This document shows, one piece after another, positions 1 to 8,618 of a DNA stretch of 64,000 nucleotides (position 1 is the first letter of the stretch; the number at the start of each line of letters is the position of its first letter). Position numbers and translations under genes: made by a program. Under the pieces are notes generated by a model. The model had not been told where the DNA came from and made no database searches. It worked only from the letters and a program-made list of their open reading frames with translations. This DNA comes from a virus: positions 1-64,000 of the IMG/VR virus record IMGVR_UViG_3300017917_001434; one strand, 5' to 3'.

Positions 1-1
1 C

Positions 2-106
2 TTGACTAACCCAACAGACGCTTTAGGTGCTGCTGGTGGTTACGCTGAATTGACTAAGTACAACGCTGCTCCTGGCGGCGGTGCACTGAACGTGTTCAGT
101 TTGTAA
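2..106 (+). CDS. xoxF: C-terminal fragment (5' truncated by window edge) of PQQ-dependent methanol dehydrogenase large subunit, XoxF/MxaF family
   Basis: Frame +2 reads LTNPTDALGAAGGYAELTKYNAAPGGGALNVFSL-stop(TAA 104-106), matching the C-terminal pattern of methanol dehydrogenases (L.D/N.T..LGA.G.Y/F..L..Y...GG.L.VFSL). Only 34 residues are visible, so XoxF versus MxaF is inferred. Confidence 0.8.
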   Translation: MTNPTDALGAAGGYAELTKYNAAPGGGALNVFSL

Positions 107-120
107 TCTGTAGTTGATCT

Positions 121-146
121 AAAAAGCCCACTTCGGTGGGCTTTAT
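121..146 (+). terminator. Rho-independent terminator after the dehydrogenase gene
   Basis: AAAGCCCAC-TTCG-GTGGGCTTT hairpin. Confidence 0.8.
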
Positions 147-185
147 CTATTAAATAGTATTGTAAGTTAACTAAAGGATAGTAAA

Positions 186-485
186 ATGAAATACATTTTA
201 GCAATCGTTTTAGCAACAAGTATCAACAGTGCTATAGCTAATGAGTCTCTTGCTCAAAAGAGTGGTTGTTTAGCCTGCCATAACGTAAATGTTAAGGTTC
301 TCGGTCCAGCATATAAAGACGTAGCAGCTAAGTATCGCGGACAAGCAGGTGCTGAAGACAAATTAGTAGCTAAGGTCAAAGCAGGTGGTAGTGGTGTTTG
401 GGGTGCTATTCCAATGCCGCCGCATCCGCAGATTAAAGAAGAAGACATTAGAACTATAGTAAAATGGGTATTAACCCTTAAGTAA
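186..485 (+). CDS. Periplasmic class I cytochrome c (c551/c552-like)
   Basis: Signal peptide, CLACH haem motif, GPAYKDVAAKY, and WG..PMPP carrying the Met axial ligand; TAAATA at 151-156 and AAGGA RBS. Confidence 0.93.
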   Translation: MKYILAIVLATSINSAIANESLAQKSGCLACHNVNVKVLGPAYKDVAAKYRGQAGAEDKLVAKVKAGGSGVWGAIPMPPHPQIKEEDIRTIVKWVLTLK

Positions 486-486
486 T

Positions 487-512
487 AAAAGCCCACTTTA
501 GGTGGGCTTTCT
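487..512 (+). terminator. Rho-independent terminator after cytochrome c
   Basis: AAAGCCCAC-TTTAG-GTGGGCTTT, nearly identical to the 121-146 hairpin. Confidence 0.8.
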
Positions 513-513
513 C

Positions 514-542
514 TTGACTTTAATAAATATTGATAGTATAAT
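514..542 (+). promoter_or_regulatory. sigma70-type promoter
   Basis: TTGACT-N17-TATAAT. Confidence 0.7.
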
Positions 543-602
543 ACAAGTATACTAGTCCAATTACCGTTGGAAATTTTATTAATTATCCCAAAAGGAAGAA
601 AT

Positions 603-758
603 ATGGAAGTTGTACAGAACAAATCCGAAGTTGAAGTAAAAGAGACGGCTGAACAAATTTATCGTCCTCATCAGAGTCAAAATCTAAATGTCTGCGCCGA
701 TGGCGATAAAGAATGCCTAGCTAGATGGATAGCCGCGTCAAGCGATTGCACAGATTAA
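603..758 (+). CDS. Small hypothetical protein (51 aa) with Cys-containing C-terminus
   Basis: AAGGA RBS before ATG 603; ends CADGDKECLARWIAASSDCTD. Confidence 0.6.
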   Translation: MEVVQNKSEVEVKETAEQIYRPHQSQNLNVCADGDKECLARWIAASSDCTD

Positions 759-814
759 TTTAAAGAGTCAAATTACAAATATTAAATATTAGTTTAGGCT
801 ATAAAGGTCATTCA

Positions 815-1642
815 ATGAGTATTCTCAAAAAAATCAGTTCCGACACAAAAGTTAAAATGCTACAGGGATCAGTATATCTAATACTGGCGGTTACTTTAAT
901 TGGATTTTGGGATACAAAATTATTTCTAATTGGCCTGGGACTAGGTTGGTTTTTATGGTTAACTGGTATTCACGGCAGCCTACACAAATATTCAAGTCAC
1001 AAATGTTTTACTGCCCGTAATAAATTAGCAGAAGTTTTTATTCTATTAATGGGAACATTAACAAGTTTAGGCAGTAATATCAGCTGGGCCGCTACGCATC
1101 GCAAACATCATCAACACAGTGACCAAGAAGGTGATCCGCACAGTATACACACAGGTAGTGGTAGTTTTTGGCGAGCTGTAAAAATTTACTTTTACTATTT
1201 TCCAACCTACCTAATCAACCCACGTACTATTAAAGATCTAACTAATGATCCTATGCACCGTTGGTTCCATAAGCATTATTATAAAATTATTTTTGCCTAT
1301 GTTGCTGTGCTTGCTCTAATAGATCCATTGTATGTAGGTTATTTTTACGCACTACCTGTGTTTTATGTCTACACTGGTATTAGTTACATTACTGTGCTAG
1401 CACACAATATTACACTGAACAAATTTGTTGGTTATCGCAATTATGAAATCACTGATCATACATTTAATTGGTCAGTGGCAAGTATACTATTGCCTGGGGA
1501 AGGAAATCATAACAATCATCATGCCCTACCTGGCGCCGCAACTAATAAAATGTCCCGACGAGACATCGACCTAGGTTACTGGTATTTAAAAGTAATAGGA
1601 CACGTAAACGATCAAGACTACCATCAGAAATTTATCACCTAA
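815..1642 (+). CDS. Membrane fatty acid desaturase (delta-9-like)
   Basis: Three His boxes HKYSSH, HRKHH and GEGNHNNHH; transmembrane segments. Confidence 0.9.
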   Translation: MSILKKISSDTKVKMLQGSVYLILAVTLIGFWDTKLFLIGLGLGWFLWLTGIHGSLHKYSSHKCFTARNKLAEVFILLMGTLTSLGSNISWAATHRKHHQHSDQEGDPHSIHTGSGSFWRAVKIYFYYFPTYLINPRTIKDLTNDPMHRWFHKHYYKIIFAYVAVLALIDPLYVGYFYALPVFYVYTGISYITVLAHNITLNKFVGYRNYEITDHTFNWSVASILLPGEGNHNNHHALPGAATNKMSRRDIDLGYWYLKVIGHVNDQDYHQKFIT

Positions 1643-2406
1643 TGAATAACTACGACAAAATTAAATTAGCACAGGCAGTGGCAATGATCAGCACAGTATT
1701 AACACTGTGCTTTGCCTTTGATGCGGCACTATTAATTGCTGGCCTTGTTGTTAGTTGGCTGTTCTGGTGTTTTGGATTAACTATTGCTCTGCACAAATAC
1801 GCGAGCCACAAAACATTCGACCCACGCAATCGTTTTGTAAAATATTTCCTACTCTGGGCAGGTACAGTAATTACCATGGGTAGTACTATTAACTTTGCTG
1901 CAGGGCATAGACAGCATCATGTTCACGCCGATACTCCGCAGGATCCTTATTGTCTAGATGGATCGATTTGGCATCGAATTAAATTATTCTTTTATTGGTT
2001 TCCTACTTATAAAATAAATCCAATGATTATTAAGGACCTATTGCGTGATAGAGATCACGTGTTGTTTAATAATCATTATTGGAAAATACTTCTGGTATAT
2101 CCAGCAATTCTATTGTTAATTGACCCAGTTTGGTTTGGGTATTTTTACGCATTGCCAGTAACATATATTATCTTAGGTATGGGATACGTTACAGTACTTG
2201 CACATTTGCCTATGCTAGAAAAATTTGGCACGAAACCTTATAAAACCAACGACAGCAGTTGGAACAGTCAGTTGTTCGCAGTGCTGTTAGCCGGCGAAGG
2301 ATATCACAACACACATCATGCTTGCCCAGGAAGGTATGACTATTCTACAGGACGCGGTGAATGGGATATCTCAGGTAAGATCATTAAATATTTAAAGCAT
2401 GATTAA
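1642..2406 (+). CDS. Second membrane fatty acid desaturase, paralog of upstream gene
   Basis: His boxes HKYASH, HRQHH and GEGYHNTHH; TAATG coupling. Confidence 0.9.
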   Translation: MNNYDKIKLAQAVAMISTVLTLCFAFDAALLIAGLVVSWLFWCFGLTIALHKYASHKTFDPRNRFVKYFLLWAGTVITMGSTINFAAGHRQHHVHADTPQDPYCLDGSIWHRIKLFFYWFPTYKINPMIIKDLLRDRDHVLFNNHYWKILLVYPAILLLIDPVWFGYFYALPVTYIILGMGYVTVLAHLPMLEKFGTKPYKTNDSSWNSQLFAVLLAGEGYHNTHHACPGRYDYSTGRGEWDISGKIIKYLKHD

Positions 2407-2587
2407 AATCTTATTAATTGGTTTACTACTAGTAGGGTGTGCTACACCGCCTAAGTCTACTGTAGTAGTACCTAAGAATGATAAGAAGATGTTTTACGTA
2501 CCACCAGAAGAACTTTGGCCCGAGGATTTCCCTCCGGCGCCAAAAAGTTGCGGTAGCCCATTTACAGGAAGGTTAATATCAAGATGA
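2399..2587 (+). CDS. Small putative lipoprotein
   Basis: Hydrophobic signal with lipobox LVGC; overlaps both neighbours. Confidence 0.6.
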   Translation: MIKILLIGLLLVGCATPPKSTVVVPKNDKKMFYVPPEELWPEDFPPAPKSCGSPFTGRLISR

Positions 2588-4602
2588 AAAAACTTAAAAA
2601 GATTTTAGTAAGTCCATGGACAGCATTAATAACTTTAGCTGTCATTGTAGCAGTAGTATTTCAAGGTCCTACATTTGTTGAAAGTGTTAGGTTAAGATAC
2701 TTTGATACACTAGTTACCAGTGCGGAACCTACTCAAAATAATATCTATACTGTAAACATTGACGAAGCTACACTAGACAAATACGGGCAGTGGCCATTTA
2801 ACCGTGGTGTATATGCTAAGATTATACACGAACTATACAGTCACAATGCTGGCATTGTAGTTTGGAACGTAATGATGCCAGAAGCCGACAGACAAGGCGG
2901 TGATAGTGTACTGGCAGATATGCTTACACATCATCCTGTAATTCTATCAAACACTGTAGCAGAAAAGACTAAGAATATTCCACGTAAGCCAGGCTCGGCT
3001 GTTATTGGCGCAGAAAACTTAGGTACTATCTATAACTATCCTGGTATTATTGCTAACATTCCTGAGCTAGAACGTAATGCCACAGGTGTTGGCCTAACCT
3101 ATACCATGCCAGAAGTTGACGGTGTTAACCGCCGCTTGCCATTGTTCGCTGGCTATGATGGCAATGTATATCCAAGTTTACCTTTAGAAGTGCTACGTGT
3201 TCTAAGTCAAAACTCGACATTCCAAGTTAAGTTAAATGAGAATGGTGTTGAGAAAATGCGTATTCCGGGCTATCCTCCAATCAGTACAGACAGCTATGGG
3301 CAAATATGGGTAGACTGGAGTCAAAAATCTACAGCAGTATCCGCAGTAAACTTACCATCTGACTTTGCCAATGCTGTGGTTATTGTAGGCACAACAGCCG
3401 CAGGTATTGCTAATCCAGTACCAACTAGTTTAGGTAGCATTTGGCCTCAGGACATGCAGGCCGCTGTTATTGGCACACTGGCCAACGGTGTAAACATACA
3501 ACGTCCAGACTGGGCACCCGGTGCTGAACTGTTAGCTCTAGTTGCTATTAGTTTGTTAATTCTGTTCCTAAGTCGTTGGGTATATGTTGGCCTGGGTGTT
3601 GGTGTAGTGTTGGCCGCTAGTTTAACTCCGGTAAGCATGTATGTCTACAGTGAATACAAGTTCCTGATAGATGCTATTGTGCCCACAGCTGGTGTAGTCC
3701 TAGTTATGCTACATGCTTATGGTGTTAAGTTTATCAGTGAGTTCTTACAGAAACAACAAATCAAGAAACAGTTTGGCAGTTATGTAAGTCCTGTGATCGT
3801 TGAACGCTTACAAAAGAACCCAGACTTAATCAAACTTGGTGGTGAAGAAAAAATGCTGACCGCTGTTATGACAGACATGCGTAACTTTACTGGCTTAGGT
3901 GAGAAGTATGGCGCAGATGTAGAAGGCTTTACTGCTATCATGAACGCTTACATGACTGCTATCAGTAAACCTGTGTTTGCCAATGACGGCTGTTTAATTA
4001 AGTTCATTGGTGATGCGAGCTTACATATTCATGGTGCGCCCTTAGATGACGATCGCCATGCCTATCATGCTGTAAAGACTACACTTGAAATGATACAGGC
4101 AGTAGAGGAATTTAACAAACACTTAGAGTCAATTGGTAAACCGCCAGTAGGCATGGGTGCAGGTGTTAACACAGGTAAGATACTTGTAGGTAACATTGGT
4201 AGTGAAGGCAAGATGGGCTATGACGTATTAGGTGACCCAGTGTCAGTGGCCAGCCGATTAGAAGGACAGACCAAAGGATACGGAGTGCTAATGATCATTG
4301 GCCCCGATACTGCCGAAGCAGTTAAAGATGACTTTGAACTAGTATGGTTAGACAACATCGCAGTTAAAGGTAAAGAAGTTGGTCTAGACATCTACACTGT
4401 AGGTAAGACTGTTAAGTACAAGCACGAAGAATTTAAGAAAGAATACTTACGTGGTGATTGGAAAACTGCTAAAAAATGGGCAGAAAGTTTATTAGCAGAA
4501 CCGGGAGTAGAGATCAAAGACTACTACAAGAAAATGATTGAACGTTTAGATCAAGGCGTTCCTGCTAACTGGGATGGAACGTATCATGCTACGAGCAAGT
4601 AG
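2584..4602 (+). CDS. CHASE2-domain class III adenylate/guanylate cyclase
   Basis: CHASE2 motifs (VNIDEATL..YGQWPF.R, DGVNRRLPL), three TM helices, cyclase motifs TDMRNFT, KFIGDA, NIGS and YDVLGDPVSVASRLEG. Confidence 0.92.
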   Translation: MKKLKKILVSPWTALITLAVIVAVVFQGPTFVESVRLRYFDTLVTSAEPTQNNIYTVNIDEATLDKYGQWPFNRGVYAKIIHELYSHNAGIVVWNVMMPEADRQGGDSVLADMLTHHPVILSNTVAEKTKNIPRKPGSAVIGAENLGTIYNYPGIIANIPELERNATGVGLTYTMPEVDGVNRRLPLFAGYDGNVYPSLPLEVLRVLSQNSTFQVKLNENGVEKMRIPGYPPISTDSYGQIWVDWSQKSTAVSAVNLPSDFANAVVIVGTTAAGIANPVPTSLGSIWPQDMQAAVIGTLANGVNIQRPDWAPGAELLALVAISLLILFLSRWVYVGLGVGVVLAASLTPVSMYVYSEYKFLIDAIVPTAGVVLVMLHAYGVKFISEFLQKQQIKKQFGSYVSPVIVERLQKNPDLIKLGGEEKMLTAVMTDMRNFTGLGEKYGADVEGFTAIMNAYMTAISKPVFANDGCLIKFIGDASLHIHGAPLDDDRHAYHAVKTTLEMIQAVEEFNKHLESIGKPPVGMGAGVNTGKILVGNIGSEGKMGYDVLGDPVSVASRLEGQTKGYGVLMIIGPDTAEAVKDDFELVWLDNIAVKGKEVGLDIYTVGKTVKYKHEEFKKEYLRGDWKTAKKWAESLLAEPGVEIKDYYKKMIERLDQGVPANWDGTYHATSK

Positions 4603-5353
4603 TTTTATAGCATTATTATTAGTTACTTCGCTAGCCTGGGCCGGTCAAGTAAACATCACTGCTAAAAGTTATTTGGTAACAGATACCCATGGGCAAGTCT
4701 TACAAGAATACGAAGCAGATAGTCCACGCCCTATTGCTAGCATTACTAAATTAATGACAGTAATGGTAGTACTGGATACTAAATTGCCTTTAGATGAAGC
4801 TGTGCCATTGAATTTTAAACTAGCTAAAAGATACCACACACACTTACCACGCAGACTTAAAACTCTAACACGTAGTGAGTTAATTGATCTAGCGATGGTT
4901 AAAAGTGATAATTTTGCTGCTTATCATTTGTGTGCAAGTTACCCAGGTGGTGTTGACGATTGTATACGTGCTATGAATCTAAAAGCACACAACCTTAGCA
5001 TGACCAGTACTGTGTACACTGACCCAACTGGATTAGACGCTACTAACATAAGTACTGCCCGTGATCTAATTAAGTTAATGATTATGGCAAGAACTTATCC
5101 TGAAATTGTAGGATCAACTAAACCTAAAGTTGATGTGCAGGTCAAAAAACGTTGGTGGCAATTTTGGAACACAAATCCATTGGTGCGTAAAGGTGATGAT
5201 ATAATTGTAAGTAAAACTGGATATATTTCGCAGAGTGGCGGGTGTCTAGTTATGCTAATGAATACAGAATTTGGTCAGCGTATTGTAGCTGTGTTAGGAA
5301 GTCGTAATACACGCACACGTTTTCCGGAAGCACTAGAGCTTGCTAAGAATTAA
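4574..5353 (+). CDS. Peptidase S11 D-Ala-D-Ala carboxy/endopeptidase (PBP7-like)
   Basis: SxxK (IASITKLMT), SDN and KTG motifs; signal peptide. Confidence 0.9.
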   Translation: MERIMLRASSFIALLLVTSLAWAGQVNITAKSYLVTDTHGQVLQEYEADSPRPIASITKLMTVMVVLDTKLPLDEAVPLNFKLAKRYHTHLPRRLKTLTRSELIDLAMVKSDNFAAYHLCASYPGGVDDCIRAMNLKAHNLSMTSTVYTDPTGLDATNISTARDLIKLMIMARTYPEIVGSTKPKVDVQVKKRWWQFWNTNPLVRKGDDIIVSKTGYISQSGGCLVMLMNTEFGQRIVAVLGSRNTRTRFPEALELAKN

Positions 5354-5996
5354 AATAAGTCCAAATAATAATTGCTTCTTTGCCCGGAATACCATTCTTA
5401 ATGTAGTTGTCGCTGGTATGAAATTTGCTTCTACTGGCAGCAAATAAAGATCCTTTGGTCCAGGGAAATATTGCCTCAATGCTCATGTATTCCAAATCAT
5501 CTTTTGGAAGATGACTAAAATATTTTTCAACTTGTTCTGGTGTAATTGCGTTTAATTTCTGAGCACCGGTTGTAGATGCCCACTCTGATACTGTTTTAAT
5601 ATCAGGACTGATCTGTTCAAACACAATGGTGTTTGAATTATAGTTTTCCATTGGAATAATAAATGTCCATGCTGGCGTAGTTGTTACAAAGTTTTCCCAG
5701 TCGCCGCTTAGTACATCGCTGTGTATTCCGTAAGGTTCGGAACTATATAACATATGAATATCTTGAATTTTTAGCTTAGGGCTAAATTCTTTGTAGATAC
5801 GTGGCAGTAAGATATTTGTAACTTCAGGATGTTGTTCTGAAAATATGTTTTTTGTGTAACACACATAGTTGCCAGTCTTAGGATGATAATCGTCGTACCG
5901 CATAAAATCAATGTCGGTACGATTCATATAATTTTTAATAAAATTTATTTCTTCGTCGGAAACAAAGTGATGTATTGTTCTGGTATCTATATTCAT
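5343..5996 (-). CDS. Putative 2OG-Fe(II) oxygenase-like protein
   Basis: HSD plus distal H (KFHTS) in a DSBH-like pattern; TAAATA 5 nt upstream of ATG. Confidence 0.5.
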   Translation of the reverse strand: MNIDTRTIHHFVSDEEINFIKNYMNRTDIDFMRYDDYHPKTGNYVCYTKNIFSEQHPEVTNILLPRIYKEFSPKLKIQDIHMLYSSEPYGIHSDVLSGDWENFVTTTPAWTFIIPMENYNSNTIVFEQISPDIKTVSEWASTTGAQKLNAITPEQVEKYFSHLPKDDLEYMSIEAIFPWTKGSLFAASRSKFHTSDNYIKNGIPGKEAIIIWTYFNS

Positions 5997-6034
5997 ATAG
6001 ATATTTATTGACCAGTTTTACACCCAGTGATATT

Positions 6035-6400
6035 TTAGCCTTCGCCGCTTGCAGCAGTGTTGTCGTCTTCTGATTTTGCTTTCTTTTTATCTAGAGATAC
6101 TGCTTCGTTAAACTTCTCAGCGGCTTCGCGTTCAACTTTAACACTTTCCATAACACGTTCACTTTCAATCATTTTACCACGTAAGTGTAAGACAGTGTTT
6201 ACTTTTTGATTCAAACGTATTAGGTCATTGTCTAACATACGTATACGATCGATAAGCGCAATCAGCACAGTGTTAGCTTCGGATATAACAGGTTTAACTT
6301 CTTTAGTTGACCATTCCCATACATACTTGATAATAAAACCCATACCGACAGCAAACACTATCGGAAAACCATACTTACTAATTAAACCTACTACATCCAT
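6035..6400 (-). CDS. Small membrane-anchored coiled-coil protein (GFPI motif)
   Basis: N-terminal TM with YGFPIV; paralogous to 8226-8507. Confidence 0.7.
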   Translation of the reverse strand: MDVVGLISKYGFPIVFAVGMGFIIKYVWEWSTKEVKPVISEANTVLIALIDRIRMLDNDLIRLNQKVNTVLHLRGKMIESERVMESVKVEREAAEKFNEAVSLDKKKAKSEDDNTAASGEG

Positions 6401-6401
6401 G

Positions 6402-6536
6402 TTAATCCCCCGACAGTGGTGTTACAACGATTGTTGGCGCAACTGTGTGTTTTTCAGCGTAATTATATTCTACAACTGCCCAGATTACTAAAGTAACCCA
6501 TACAGCAAACAAAAATAATTTTCTAAGTTCTATCAT
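6402..6536 (-). CDS. Small membrane protein (44 aa), absent from the ORF track
   Basis: MIELRKLFLFAVWVTLVIWAVVEYNYAEKHTVAPTIVVTPLSGD; ATGA overlap with the upstream stop; fills the gap. Confidence 0.6.
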   Translation of the reverse strand: MIELRKLFLFAVWVTLVIWAVVEYNYAEKHTVAPTIVVTPLSGD

Positions 6537-7087
6537 AAGAATAATAAAAATCCCTGTAGCATTAAAAATATGCCAGCACCTGCCATGACAAAACTACCCC
6601 AGAATAGGGCCATACTAACTGACAGAATACTTGCTGATAATAATACAATACTTAGTTGATATGCTGTTGAGGCATAACCAATCCAGGGTAGTTGACGCTT
6701 GTAGTGATCACGCTGTTCTTCAAGCGCCTTGGCCTGTGCCATTAGTGCTGGCTTGCCTTCATCACCTAAGTCGTAACTCTTAGCCTTTTCTGCCCAGGCC
6801 TTAGCTTTGGCAGGATCTGTGGATTGCTGTGCGGCAAGTTCATACTGTGTTTGTTTAATGCTTTTTGCTTGATAGAACGCCCACAGGTCGTTAGCCTGGA
6901 TAGTATTGTTCATTACTTTACTATTTAAGCTACCTTGAAACCACATATTAAAAGCTAGAAGAGCGGCAAAGATGTTAATAACTAATCCTGCTTTACTCTT
7001 AATGCGACTACTGCGTTCTTCGTTTGGTGTGCCTTTTTCTTCGTTACGACGAAGTAATTTTACTACTGAATCTGTTACTAGTGCCAT
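6533..7087 (-). CDS. DUF4337-like membrane protein
   Basis: ANDLWAFYQAKSIKQ motif with TM helices at both ends. Confidence 0.75.
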   Translation of the reverse strand: MALVTDSVVKLLRRNEEKGTPNEERSSRIKSKAGLVINIFAALLAFNMWFQGSLNSKVMNNTIQANDLWAFYQAKSIKQTQYELAAQQSTDPAKAKAWAEKAKSYDLGDEGKPALMAQAKALEEQRDHYKRQLPWIGYASTAYQLSIVLLSASILSVSMALFWGSFVMAGAGIFLMLQGFLLFL

Positions 7088-7863
7088 TATCCGTTATCTC
7101 CATCTGCCCAACGTCTTAAATTTTCTGCATAACGTGTTATGCTGTGATTTGTAAAGAAATTAATATTCTTTTTCTTAAGGCCTACTAAGAATCCACGCCA
7201 CACATCTTTGGTAACTTGCCAAAATGTTAAAGCACGTAGATGTCCATAGTGATTCATATAGTACATACCACCAAAGTGATAGAATGGCCACAAAGGAACA
7301 CGTGCTACAATATCAGCATTGTTTACAAAACGGAAGTGTAGTACACCTGTCGCTTCAATACCTTTAACGTAGGCTTTGTTGCCAACACGCGGACTTCCAA
7401 AAGTAAACAAAGCCATTGGATTGGGTGTATCTTCTGTACGCTGTAATCTAAATGCTATTAATGTTGCCATAGCAGCACCTAGGCTGTGTCCAGTACACCA
7501 AACTTGACGTGTTTTACCGTAGTCGTTGGCTAATTCATGTAAGGTGGGCCAAATATCATCTACTGATTCTCTAAACCCTGCGTGTACCTTACCAACACCT
7601 GTTACACTCGGTACAGGAATTGCTTTTAAGTCCGCGGCAATGTCTTTAAACTCTGTAGGTTCGGTACCACGACATACAATAACTAAATCTTCATCGTTAA
7701 CTAACCAGTACGCCTGACTACCATCATGATCAATAAACGTAGCATCAAATCCTAGGTCCGCGTAGGCATTTACACCATCTCTAGGTTCCAAATAGGCTAT
7801 TTCACTACACTTAGCCATCAACCAAGCACGTTCTGGGAACGGCAACATATTAATCGCTGTCAT
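7087..7863 (-). CDS. Lipase class 3
   Basis: RGTE, VHAGF, TGHSLGAA nucleophile elbow, TFGSPRVGN, DIVARVP and C-terminal His. Confidence 0.92.
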   Translation of the reverse strand: MTAINMLPFPERAWLMAKCSEIAYLEPRDGVNAYADLGFDATFIDHDGSQAYWLVNDEDLVIVCRGTEPTEFKDIAADLKAIPVPSVTGVGKVHAGFRESVDDIWPTLHELANDYGKTRQVWCTGHSLGAAMATLIAFRLQRTEDTPNPMALFTFGSPRVGNKAYVKGIEATGVLHFRFVNNADIVARVPLWPFYHFGGMYYMNHYGHLRALTFWQVTKDVWRGFLVGLKKKNINFFTNHSITRYAENLRRWADGDNG

Positions 7864-8024
7864 AATGAAATCCCCAAAAGAAATCCTACCATAAGTCCTG
7901 CTAAACTACCGTAGACAAAAAATAACCATAAATCTCGGTCGTGCCATACAGGCTGTTTCTTCATCCATTCCTGAGTCCATTTTGGCTGACTCTCAAACCA
8001 ACGTTGAAATTCACTTTTATACAT
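7860..8024 (-). CDS. Small hypothetical membrane protein
   Basis: GGGGAG RBS before ATG 8024; C-terminal TM. Confidence 0.55.
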   Translation of the reverse strand: MYKSEFQRWFESQPKWTQEWMKKQPVWHDRDLWLFFVYGSLAGLMVGFLLGISL

Positions 8025-8223
8025 TGTCTGTCTCCCCTGCTGTTGCTCTGGCATAATCCCAAGCAAATTGTTCTTCTGTTGTTAAGGTGTAAACTTTAGT
8101 CACTCGAGCAACACGATCGGCTAGATCACGCAATTCACTGCCAAGTACAGCAGTTTTTTTACTGTTTTCTAACGCTCGAGCAATACTATGTAAATCTATA
8201 ACTATTTGACTATATTCGTTCAT
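8017..8223 (-). CDS. Hypothetical protein
   Basis: Packed ORF in the minus-strand operon. Confidence 0.55.
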   Translation of the reverse strand: MNEYSQIVIDLHSIARALENSKKTAVLGSELRDLADRVARVTKVYTLTTEEQFAWDYARATAGETDNV

Positions 8224-8225
8224 GA

Positions 8226-8507
8226 TTAATCTCTACGTGCGTCATTTTTACCGTCGGCACGTGCTATACGGTCTACATCAGGTTTTAAACCTAGTGCATT
8301 ACTTACAATAGTGTCAATGCGTACTACATCATGATTCATAGTCTTAACACGGTTATCTAGCGCCGTGATAATACCAGCCATGCCTTTAATACTGCCTAAC
8401 ACGCCTTGTAATAGTAATTTGATTGTGAGATAAACGAAATAGCCGCCAGCTAGGGCAACTGCGATAGGAAATCCAAGATCTCCAATGAGTTTGAATACTT
8501 GATCCAT
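8226..8507 (-). CDS. Small membrane-anchored protein (GFPI motif), paralog of 6035-6400
   Basis: AAGGAG RBS before ATG 8507; LGFPIAVAL TM; ALDNRVKTMNHD aligns with ALIDRIRMLDND. Confidence 0.7.
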   Translation of the reverse strand: MDQVFKLIGDLGFPIAVALAGGYFVYLTIKLLLQGVLGSIKGMAGIITALDNRVKTMNHDVVRIDTIVSNALGLKPDVDRIARADGKNDARRD

Positions 8508-8561
8508 GTCTTGCTCCTTGATTTTACTTCTTTTTATTATAAAAGTATTTATGGATTCTGC

Positions 8562-8590
8562 TTGACTTTTTAGGTTCGGGGCAGTATAAT
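8562..8590 (+). promoter_or_regulatory. sigma70-type promoter, divergent from a minus-strand TAAATA at 8546-8551
   Basis: TTGACT-N17-TATAAT. Confidence 0.7.
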
Positions 8591-8618
8591 ATAAATACTC
8601 GCACAAGGAGAGTCTAAA

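Noticed and set aside
603-758. pqqA precursor near the dehydrogenase
   Set aside because: It lacks the ExxxY core and is longer than typical PqqA.
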